Assembly (NCBI GenBank): GCA_034780895.1
Contig: JAUZTB010000027.1
Coordinates: forward strand, 26,156,626-26,220,622
Direction: 5' to 3'
DNA from: Rhynchobatus australiae
Taxonomy: Eukaryota
DNA length: 63,997 nt
The position numbers and the translations under genes are program-made. Position 1 is the stretch's first letter. Each line of letters starts with the position of its first letter. The notes under the pieces were generated by a model. It was not told the DNA's origin and did no database searches. It was given only the letters and a program-made list of their open reading frames with translations. Shown one piece after another: positions 50,854 to 61,512 of this stretch.

Positions 50854-53090
50854 GAATCACAGAATCACAAAATGTTTGCAGCAAGGAAGCAGGCCAGTTG
50901 GCCCATCATGTCTTTACTGACTCTATGTAAGAGAAGCCCAGCGACTCCCACTTCCCCTTGGCCCTGTAAGTTATTTTTCTTTCAGATGCTCATCCAGCTG
51001 CCTTTTGAATACCACAATTCAATCTTCCTCCCCTACTACTATTGGCAATGTATTCCAGGCTCCTATGCACTTATTGGACTAAATGTTTCCCCTCATACAA
51101 CTTTTGGTTCTTTTGTCAATCACCTTCATGCTCTGTTGCCTTGTTCTGGCACCCCTCTTGCCCCCACCACCCACCAGCCAATGGGTATATATTCTCACTT
51201 TGTCCATACCTTTCNNNNNNNNNNNNNNNNNNNNNNNNNNNNNNNNNNNNNNNNNNNNNNNNNNNNNNNNNNNNNNNNNNNNNNNNNNNNNNNNNNNNNN
51301 NNNNNNNNNNNNNNNNNNNNNNNNNNNNNNNNNNNNNNNNNNNNNNNNNNNNNNNNNNNNNNNNNNNNNNNNNNNNNNNNNNNNNNNNNNNNNNNNNNNN
51401 NNNNNNNNNNNNNNNNNNNNNNNNNNNNNNNNNNNNNNNNNNNNNNNNNNNNNNNNNNNNNNNNNNNNNNNNNNTTTCTTTTTCTCTACAGTGATTATAC
51501 CTTTCATGATTTTAAATACCTCTATCAGACCTTCTCGTAACCTCTTTTGTCCCAAGGAGAACAACCAAAGCTTCTCCAGTCTACCCATATAACTGAAATC
51601 CCTCATCTCAGGACTCATTTTGGTAAATCTCTATTACTTTCTTTCTAACGCTTTTATATCTTTCCTAAAATGAGAAAACAGTAACTGGACACAGTGTTCC
51701 AGCCATGGCTGCACCAGTGGTTTATAAAGGTATGTTCATCACTTCCTTATTCTTGTATGCCTTTATGAATAAAGTCCAGGATCCCAAATGCTCATTCTAC
51801 CAGCCTCTCTAATTCTCCTTAACATTAATTACTATCCTCTTCATCTTTCTCTGTGCTTCCAAGTTTTGTGTTGCTTGGAAATTTGAAGATTTCTTTGCTG
51901 TAAACCCTAGTGCAAGCCATTGATATATTTTAGTAAAACAGTGGTTTTCATTCTGACCCTGGAAATTACACTTCCCTCAAGACTGAAAATCAGCCTTTAA
52001 CTATGATCCCTGTTATATTCACAATCTCCTATCCATACTGTACAGCTCCTTTTGTTCCATTGTCTTCAATCCTGATGACAGAATAATGATGTGGGACTTT
52101 GTCAATTGAAGTCCATATATACCACCTTTATTGACCCTTTATTTCCTTTATTGGCCCTCCTTTTCATGGCATCAAAAAAGCTCCTTCAATTTGGTTGGAC
52201 AAATTTTCCTTCAAAACATTCATGAGGGAATTTTCTAATTAATCCTTGCCTACCTGAATACTACTCAGTCCCTGATTATTGTTTCTGGAACTTTTCCCAC
52301 TATCCTAGTCTGTTACTGGGTTTGTCTCTCAAAATTTTTTTGAACAAGGATGTAACGTTCACAATTTTCCAGTCGGCAAGCACCACCTCTGAATCACTAA
52401 ATGTTTAACATATTATGCCCAGGGCTATGCAAATCAACCTTGGATGCATCCCATCTGCACCAGGTGATTTATCCACAGTAAGGGTAGTTAGTTTTTCAGC
52501 ATCTTTGCTTTATTAGAATCTCATCTATTGATTCTCCAGCAGTGTCTTCTTCCTTGATGTAAAATACTCATTCAGTACCTCAGCCATGGCCTCTGATTCC
52601 AAGAGTAGATTTCCTCTTTGCTCTCTGATTGACTCCAGCTCTTCTTTGACAACCTTTTCCTTTTTAATTCCATGTAGAATATTTTTGGAATACAGTCCAT
52701 TTTTGCTGCCAATGTTTTCTCATGCTCTCTCTTTGCCTCTTTTCTTTCCACTCTGAACGCTCTGCCCTCAGCCAAGTTCTTACTTGCGTTAATGATCTTC
52801 ATTGTCATATAGTCTTTTTTTCCCACTCCATTTTAATCTCTTTCCTTTTGGTCATATCTGGAGCTCTGTCTTTAAGTTTCCAACATTTCTTCCTCATGGG
52901 AATCTATCTAGAACAGAATTGAAAAATTTCTACTACAAAGGCATCCCATTGTTCACTTACAGATTGCCTGCCAAATTTTGATTCCAATCTACCTGGATGA
53001 GATCAGTTCTTATCCCACTGAAAATGACTCTTCCCCAATTGACTATCCAAAGCCCCTTCTACTAATTCTAAAGCTCTAATTAGCAGTGCC
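50854..53090 (-). mobile_element. CR1-like LINE, about 2.2 kb 5'-truncated decayed ORF2 (gap inside)
   Basis: Tail gaatcacagaatcac; ORF PEMRDFSYMGRLEKLWLFSLGQKRLREGLIEVFKIMKG; upstream KREHEKTLAAKM..PKIFY; ggatgcatcccatctgcaccagg is the reverse of PG.DGMHP. Confidence 0.85.
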
Positions 53091-53149
53091 AAGCTCTCAA
53101 GTAAGCTGGTCAGACGTTGGAAAATATGTTTGTAGACAATTAAATGTAG

Positions 53150-54190
53150 GTCAAATCAAGTCAAGTCATGTCAAGTGTATTATCATGTGCCCAAGCACGG
53201 TGAGGTACAGGTACAATGAAAAGCTTCTTTGCAACAGCATCGCAGGCACATAGGTTTAGATAAATACAAAATATAAATTACACATACAAGACAGTGAAGA
53301 GAAAAAAGACTGCAAAACAAGACGTTAGTGCTAAAAAACACGATCAGAGTCAAGCCCATGGTCATACAAGAAGTGGTCTGTTGTGTTCCATTGCTGAGGT
53401 AGGACTGGGATTGTGCAGGTCAGTTCCAGAACCTGATGACTGTAGGAAAATAGCTGTTCTTGAACCTGGTGGTGTGGGACTTCAGGCTTCTGTACTTTAT
53501 GCCTAATGGCAGCAGCAAGATCCAGATGGTGGGGATCTTTGATGATAGATGTTGCTTTCTTGAGGCAACGCCTCCTATAGATGCTGTCAGTGGTGGGGAG
53601 GAAGGTACAGAGGCCCAGGTCTTGGTGGGTTGATGATGTTTGGAGGGGATGATTGTGTTGAATGCCAAGCTGTAGTCAATGAACAGCAGCCTGACAAATG
53701 CATTACTGTTGTCCTGATGATCTGGAGCAGAGTGGAGAGCGGTGAAATAGCATCTGCTGTTACTATGTTGTGGTGAAAGGCAAATTGAAGGGGATGCAGG
53801 TTACTTCTGAGGCTGGAGTTGATTTGCGCCATAACCAAGCTCTCAAAGTATTTCATTATAGTGGATGTAAGTGGTAGTCATTGAGGCAGGTCACCATTGT
53901 CTTCTTGTGTACGTTACTATAGATGCCCTTCTATTGCAGGTGGGAACCTCAGACTGCAGAAGTGAGAGGTTGAAGATATAGGCATTGGTTTATTATTGTT
54001 CACATGTGCCAAGGTACAGTGAAAAACCTGTCTTGCATACAGTTCGTACACCCTTGAATACACCAGACAGCTGGTCTGCAGTCTTCAGCACTTGGACGGG
54101 TACACCATCCGAGCCAGACACATTTTGTGGGTTCATCCTCTTGAAGGATGTTCTGATGTCAGCCTTGGAGACTGAGATCACAGGGAATAT
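53150..54190 (-). mobile_element. Rex1/Babar LINE, internally deleted
   Basis: ORFs ISVSKADIRTSFKRMNPQNVSGSDGVP, MKYFESLVMAQINSSL..LHPLQFAF, AFNTIIPSK and YRSLKSHTTRFKNSYFPTVIR; (ttgac)n-type tail at about 53150-53175. Confidence 0.9.
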
Positions 54191-56254
54191 CTTAGGTTAT
54201 CAGGATCACTCACCAGATAGTGGGGTTGAGTGAGGAAGTGAGAGAGTATAATGCTCGGCCTGATTCACTGAAAAATCTGTGGGCAGTGGAATAGATTCTT
54301 CCAGCCAAATGTTTTCTGCTATTTTCAGTGTATTGTACCTCTCTGGGTATTTCCCTTCTTGAAACTTGTATCATTTCACTTCCTTGTATTATTTTGACTG
54401 CAAATAAATTCGAACAAGTAATTGAAACTGTGTGCATTGGCCTGGAAAAGTAGTATTTCCCAGCTTTATAAAGAAAGCAGACACATGCTGCCCTAAATAG
54501 AAAAAGAATATATAGATTACATGGAGTAGGACATACCTTTTGCTTTATAAGTGACTAAGCCAGTTTACGGAAATCATTACATAGTCATGGACATGAGATT
54601 AAATGCCTGGTTAAAACTTAAGCCACAGTAAACATATTTTTACAATGGCTCTATATATTTTTGTAATCTGACTCTTACTGATAACAAATCCAAGCTAACA
54701 TTTCCCTGATGATGAGAACTTTGAATTCTATTATGNNNNNNNNNNNNNNNNNNNNNNNNNNNNNNNNNNNNNNNNNNNNNNNNNNNNNNNNNNNNNNNNN
54801 NNNNNNNNNNNNNNNNNNNNNNNNNNNNNNNNNNNNNNNNNNNNNNNNNNNNNNNNNNNNNNNNNNNNNNNNNNNNNNNNNNNNNNNNNNNNNNNNNNNN
54901 NNNNNNNNNNNNNNNNNNNNNNNNNNNNNNNNNNNNNNNNNNNNNNNNNNNNNNNNNNNNNNNNNNNNNNNNNNNNNNNNNNNNNNNNNNNNNNNNNNNN
55001 NNNNNNNNNNNNNNNNNNNNNNNNNNNNNNNNNNNNNNNNNNNNNNNNNNNNNNNNNNNNNNNNNNNNNNNNNNNNNNNNTGAAAATGAGTTTGCTTATC
55101 CATGCTTGCACCTCCAAAGTTTTCACTTTTTTTTACTGTACTTAAAAGGTTATCAGATTGTTTTTTGATCTCTGTAAGGCACAAGTGGCAACAAATTATG
55201 TTACCTACATTATAAGGAAAGCTTCACAAGGATACAAAGAATAGTTTACATAGAAAAGCAAAAAGGGACTATCCAAACAACATTTTTCATTAAAATATAT
55301 TTTACAGCATAGTTCAAGTCCCTAAAGCCATCATATAACCCTTGTTTGATACTGTATTCTTTACAACATTACACATTGTTCAAATATTGAATGTCTTTGT
55401 GAGTTCCATCAAAACACTGACACTCACTGATACTCCCACAATGCATTCACCCCACGCACACTCATCTCTACACTTGTCTGCATGTTTTCTTTTCAAAGTA
55501 TACTTAATCTTTTGTCCCACGCAATCCCTTTCACCATCTCACAACACCATTTCATCCGCCTTGAGTCTCTCTTGTCTCAGCATTACTGTCAGCAACAGTT
55601 TGCTGTCTGTCCAACAAATCTTCCTTCCAAGCCTTAAGAAACCTCCAGAACTACTGTCATGGCAGGATTTCCACCTGTTTACTGACAGAGGAAACACAAG
55701 GCTGGATAGCAGAGGTGGAAGTTTGGTTAGGGTTGAGTTATTCTAATTCATTCACATTTATCTGCTTAGGGTGTTTCTTGCTGGAAGTGATGCAAGGCCA
55801 CAAAATTATGTGGCATATTTTTGTTCATTACATTCATTATTAAATTGATGAAGTGTCAGAACACAACAAGTGTTCTGCATTGGTGGGATATGTGTTTCTC
55901 TGTTAAAGGTGTAGAGGTCACAACAGAAGGTGGAATCCACATGTGTCTGATAATCCCTAATATCAGGCTTTTCCCAGTATTATAAATGGCAGCAATGTTA
56001 TTTTTACTTCTGCTCCCCCCTTTAAATTACTGCAAGTTTTTAGAAACTGTAGCAGCCACTTCACATCCCCTGGGCATTTCTCTATCAGTGACCACATTAT
56101 CTGTATCCCACCTAAAAAAACTGAACCTGCGATCTCTGTAGTGCATCCATGGTGCTACTATTTTGCATAGCTTCTTTGTTTTTTGTTATGAAAGTTTAAA
56201 TTGGTTTATCAATATGGCTTAACTAATACTTCTCATTTCTCATATTTTCTCATG

Positions 56255-56545
56255 ACATGGAATGAGGCCAGTCGGCCATAAGATCTCTCTGCTGGTTCTT
56301 GGAGTAATCCCATTCCCCCACATCCTATTCTTTTTCCTATTACTCCAATATCATTAGTATCTACCTACATTAGAGGAAATTTACAGCAACCAGCAACCTG
56401 TCTTTTAGGAAGTAGGAGGAAACTGGAGAACCCAAGGAAAATGCACACGATCTTATGAAAAACTTGCAAACTCCACACAGACAGCACTGGAGGTCAAGAC
56501 TGAATTTTATTTTTGTTGGCGTTGTGCGGCAGCAGCGCTGTATGG
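56255..56545 (-). mobile_element. V-SINE (HE1-like)
   Basis: ggaggaaactggagaacccaaggaaaatgcacacg...aacttgcaaactccacacagacagcac is the reverse V-domain; tRNA-like head on the right, CR1-type tail on the left. Confidence 0.75.
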
Positions 56546-57599
56546 CATGAGAGTTTGAAATGTGTTGCAGCCTGTATTTGATGGGATGGGTTGTTGCTGC
56601 TAATGAAGGCATTAGAAGTCAGAGATCAAGTGTGGTGAAATACTTGAATATTCTTTATTTTTCAATTTTTTTGAAGTTTAATGCATTTTAAATAAATGTA
56701 TTAATATTCACATGTATTTAATTGTTTTCTAATTACTTACATAGGGAATACTGAAGGTGCATCAGGAGAGTCCAGGACAGGCTTTATTTCCAGTTGCCCA
56801 CTGCCTAGTTTGTTTCTGTGCCCTGCTCTGTCATTGGGAGGCAGTGACGCCGGCAGGACCTCACCGAGACATGTGAACGAATCATGTAATGTCTATGCAG
56901 TGCCAGGGCTATTTGGAATTCAGCCACAAGGCATGGGCCAGGCTAAGTACCATCCAGCTCATTGACAGCATATTCCAAATTAGTGCCATTTGATGCAAAT
57001 TTGGCAGAGTACATTTTATGTATTTGCCACATAACATAATCAGGACCTGCAGGCTTTTACATAGCCTTCCANNNNNNNNNNNNNNNNNNNNNNNNNNNNN
57101 NNNNNNNNNNNNNNNNNNNNNNNNNNNNNNNNNNNNNNNNNNNNNNNNNNNNNNNNNNNNNNNNNNNNNNNNNNNNNNNNNNNNNNNNNNNNNNNNNNNN
57201 NNNNNNNNNNNNNNNNNNNNNNNNNNNNNNNNNNNNNNNNNNNNNNNNNNNNNNNNNNNNNNNNNNNNNNNNNNNNNNNNNNNNNNNNNNNNNNNNNNNN
57301 NNNNNNNNNNNNNNNNNNNNNNNNNNNNNNNNNNNNNNNNNNNNNNNNNNNNNNNNNNNNNNNNNNNNNNNNNNNNNNNNNNNNNNNNNNTGTCTTGATC
57401 ACAGAAGTAAGGATAAATACTTTGAGGCCTTGTGCCATTTTTGGGGATGCTTTCTCACCACATGTTGGTCTGATGTCGTTTCATTATTAATTAGCACTGG
57501 CTCGCCTGGTCTACATTGAGCTGAGTATACGTGTGGGAAAGATCAAGTTTATTAATGGTGTTCGTTCCTGCCAACTCCACATGCAGGTGGTACTTCCAA

Positions 57600-57725
57600 A
57601 CAAAGGGTCTTGACCCCAAGTGTCGACTGTCCGTTTCCTTCCATAGATGCTGTCTGACCCATTGAGTTCCTCCAGCAAATTGTCTGTTGCTCCAGATTCC
57701 AGTATCTGCAGTGTCTGTGTCTCCA
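57600..57725 (+). mobile_element. Penelope terminal fragment
   Basis: agggtcttgacccc...gtcgactgtcc...ccatagatgctgtctgacccattgagttcctccagc...ttgctccagattccagtatctgcagtgtc. Confidence 0.8.
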
Positions 57726-57939
57726 AGACTGTATCCATGATCTTACTCTGAATATGTTCACAGCACCAAATGGTTGCTTGTTAAAGGAATCTTGCTGAGC
57801 TTCTGATAGTATATGTCCCTTCCCAGAGTAACCTACAGCAAATGTTTGCTTATTTCAGGATTTTGGCTGTTTACCGTCATAGTTGTTATGAAATCACCAT
57901 TGTTATTTTTCTTGCTGCCACCTATAGAATATACAGTAT

Positions 57940-59340
57940 GCTATTTAACATGATGCCCTTCCTGGCAGTCCACATGTTGAACAAAAATTTTTGTCTCTGT
58001 GGCAACCTTGAATAAAGCAGTAGATAATGAAAATATTCTTTGTGCTTTTTTGTGGTCCTCATTCACTCCAAGAATGTTTGGTTGAGTTCCTTGTGGTTTC
58101 TCATTGGATTTACTGCTCTTCTGCCTGGCTGTCTGTGAACCATCGCTATCTGCAGTCATTATACCTTGTCTGCCTTTGTAGACTGACACTATACATCCCA
58201 TGTTCCTGCAGGTAAAACACCAAACCATCCTAAGATGAGAGAATTTCACACCCACCTGACTCTGGTTCAAGAAAGAAGCCACCACCAGTGCCTCAAGCTT
58301 GCATACTGCATGCACATATGCATCCTATGCTGACTGAAACACTCTTGTGTATTTTGATACCATTTCCATGGCAGCAATGACTTTACATGCCCGGTCAAAG
58401 GTGATATCTTGTGTATTGAAGAGTTTCACCTGAATGTGCTCGTCTTTACAAACAATTCAATTCCCCATTGTCCATTCTAGGAACATTGATAATTTCTTCA
58501 GACTTTTGGCAGTGATTGCCAAATTTATTATTCTCAAATTTTTTGATGGTGCTGGGTTAAAGATGACCTTGTGGCATTTCATTAATCCAGTTCAACAGAA
58601 CATTATCGTCAGCAAATTAACTAATGTTGAGCAGGTACACAAATTTATCTCTATTTTTCATTCACGAATATTCTCGTTTTGTGTACTCTCACCTTCACCC
58701 ATTACTTCTATAAAATTATTGAAATAGAAAAATGTCTCCAATCACTCCAATTAAGTGTTGAAAGTCTCCTGCCATTAATCATAGTTGCCTAATTTGCAGA
58801 TATACCCTGTGTACCTGTGTAAGTATGGCCCCCCCATCTTCTTTGTGCTCTGTTTCACCTTCACTATCTTCTAATCTTCTGAACTGTGGTCTACAAGTTT
58901 CACTTGCCATCATTTCCTTCAGTGAAGTTTCTAATAGTTTCGAGTTCACCCCAAGTATACATGGCCTTACAATTTCCACCAGGATTGTTCTGTCTCACAT
59001 GGACGGCACTCCTCAGGATCCTATCCTCATTGCCAGTATGAATCCATTGTGCTATTTACCATCATGGTTGTTTTGAAATCCCTATTGTTATCTTTCCTGC
59101 TACCATGCTCTAGGAAATGGATAAGGACTCAAGAACTAAAAGAAGGTAGGGCAGTTTATTTGATATCCCTCCCAAGTGCTAGCCAGAGAAGGCACAGTCC
59201 ATGTAACATTGACATCATCAGCATAATTACATACCTTACACTGCCAATCCTGAGAACTGACTCTGTGTCAGTGAAGAGTGTAGGAGGGCAGTGCCAGGAG
59301 CAGTACCAGGGTGCATCTAACAATAAAGTGCTAAGTTGGT
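57940..59340 (-). mobile_element. Heavily decayed RTE-like LINE
   Basis: Minus strand has tttggtgttttacctgcagg...atggttcacagacagccaggcagaagagcag...gagaaaccacaaggaactc...gaggaccacaaaaaagc, resembling GFR...D.VF..RQ..EK..E....L....D.KKA; inferred APE region further 5'. Confidence 0.45.
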
Positions 59341-59559
59341 GGATTTATTACATCAAAGAATCACGTGCTGCTAAATAGCAACAGGATGCTACAGGCAGAG
59401 CAACACAACTCCGCAACAAACAGATTACATTAAAGCTCTCTGGTTTTACTACATCTTGGTGACAATGGGCAATTAAACAACTTATGAGGAATGGAGACTC
59501 CATGAAAATCCCCAACCTCAATGAGAGTAGAGCCCTTCTCAAGAGTGTAAAAGGCTGAA

Positions 59560-59790
59560 GTACTAAAACCATCTTCAGTCAAAAGTACAAAGTGGATGAT
59601 CCCTCAGCTCCCTCCCAAGGTTTCTAGCATCATAGATCTAATCTTCAGACAATTCAATTGGAACGTATCACTAATCCTTCATTGTCACTGTGTCTAAATC
59701 CTAAAACTCCCCACCCAACGGCACTGTGGAGTACTTTCATCTGAAGGACTGCAGCAGTTCAAAAAGATATATAGCCAGCCACTCTGCTCA
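59560..59790 (+). mobile_element. Internally deleted CR1/L2-type LINE fragment
   Basis: accatcttcagtcaaaagtacaaagtggatgatcc joined to cttcattgtcactgtgtctaaatcctaaaactccc...ggactgcagcagttcaa. Confidence 0.5.
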
Positions 59791-60669
59791 CTTTTGTAAC
59801 ATGGTAGCCAACTACTGTTATCACACTGTAAGACTGGTTTCTATTTTTTTGTCAGTTCCAAGGTTGTTAACCTTAGAAATAAATCTGCAAGGGTACACAG
59901 CCAGCCTGAAATACAACCAGAATAAACAGTGTAAAGTGGCTAAGATGGATTAGTCTCAAGAATCTAGTGTTAGGGGTCAAACCAAATGGGGATCCTCCAA
60001 AGTCATGAGTTCAATTTTAAAACCTGGAGCAAGGCATCAAGTTTTTTTTTGTGCTTTCTTTCATTTTTCCTCTTTTACTTTTTGTCTGCTGATCTTGCTT
60101 CATTACTGGCTCACAAGTTCATATTCTTTTAAATTTCACCCGTCAAGGTTCCAGAGCAGCCTTTTGACTATCTGGGACACAATTCAGAATTTGTTAATGT
60201 AAGCATGATGTGCAAATGTGCCATACTGTGCCATTATTTCATAATTAATCCTGAACAGAACCAGATGTAAACAATGTAGCTGAAAGGCATTCAGAATTTT
60301 AGGCGGTAGAAAATCAACAAAGAAGAAATTATAATATTAACATGACACTAAATTTTAAAAATAAATGGGGGTTAAAAAGCCCCAGAAAACATGCACTAGA
60401 ATCACAATTCATAATTAATCTGCACCCATTTGACAGAAACCCCATGTTACTCATCATAATGATCTCAGTGGCAAGTCAGCACTAATATAACATTTATTGG
60501 CCCAGCGCATCACTTGGGGACCTAGTGCCAGTTCTACATGGTAGGTGCTGATTAGAGTTCACCTGCACTTCCTGTAGGGGAGGTGCAACTAGTGATGAAG
60601 TCATTCCAGGGCCTCAACAACTTGCAGGCTGTTGAGGCTGTATGCAGGGAGCATCACATTTCTGAGGTA

Positions 60670-61500
60670 CAGAAAAGGAGATCTTGGTAAATAAGATGGA
60701 GAGGATGAGGGAGAAATACCACCCACTGGGTCCTCCATCCAGAGCCCTCTAGACAGACACCAACCTGGCACTCGGAGAAGGCAGCTGTCAACATCAATGT
60801 CATCAGTGAGTGGACAATGCTAGTGAATATATTATCAGATGCCTTCTTTTGTCAACTTTACACTGTTGAAAGCATCGAACATCCCTTATTTACCTACTTT
60901 TACTGGATTTAGCCCTGGTGGTCAGGTCCTGGAGTTAACATTCACATAGTTTATTACTCTCACATTCTTCCCACTAATGCAAGCTTCATGCCCACAGCTT
61001 GCACACACAGCCAGCTCCAACACTTTCACAGTTCTCTCCCTCTTCCAGGACAAAGCAGTGCATGGCCAGCAACAGCGGCCACAAACTTACAGAAGACACA
61101 CACAGCCATAATGCTTCATTGCCTCTGAAGGAGAAAGTGCTGGCCAGTGTTGGAGCAGTCCTAACCAAGGTGTGGCCCTTGGCAGGATGTGAGCCTATTG
61201 CAGACGATAGCATCCTCAGCCCCAATCTCGCCCTCGAATTTTACTTGTCTGGCATCCCACAGTTGCTTCTGATTATGAATAATAGATCTCTGGTTTCACA
61301 GCTTGGAAATGGGAGCCAGGTCTATTTCGACACCTGCAAATCTAACAATCGTGCAGCTTTTATGTTCAATGTCTGAGCTGCTGCTGCAACACAGGCCGGA
61401 GCCACCTAACATCTGAGGGCAGCAGGTGGAGCAAGGCCTGTGCAGTCCAGCAATCTGCCCTCCAGCAATGTACTGGGGCTGCTGAGGGGCTGCAGCAGAA
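60670..61500. mobile_element. PIF/Harbinger relic with convergent Myb/SANT-like (plus, about 60670-60830) and nuclease (minus, about 61000-61480) parts
   Basis: Plus EILVNKMERMREKYHP resembles E.LV.EV.RRR..L.P; minus ggatgctatcgtctgc resembles GAIDC and tggccgctgttgctggccatgcactgctttgtcc resembles PGS.HD.F. Confidence 0.45.
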
Positions 61501-61512
61501 AAGCCACAGAGT

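Noticed and set aside
1809-57438. Long ORFs in the track containing X runs (e.g. 1809-2411, 8064-8846, 18453-19079, 36749-37260, 54675-55184)
   Set aside because: They are open only because N-gaps contain no stop codons
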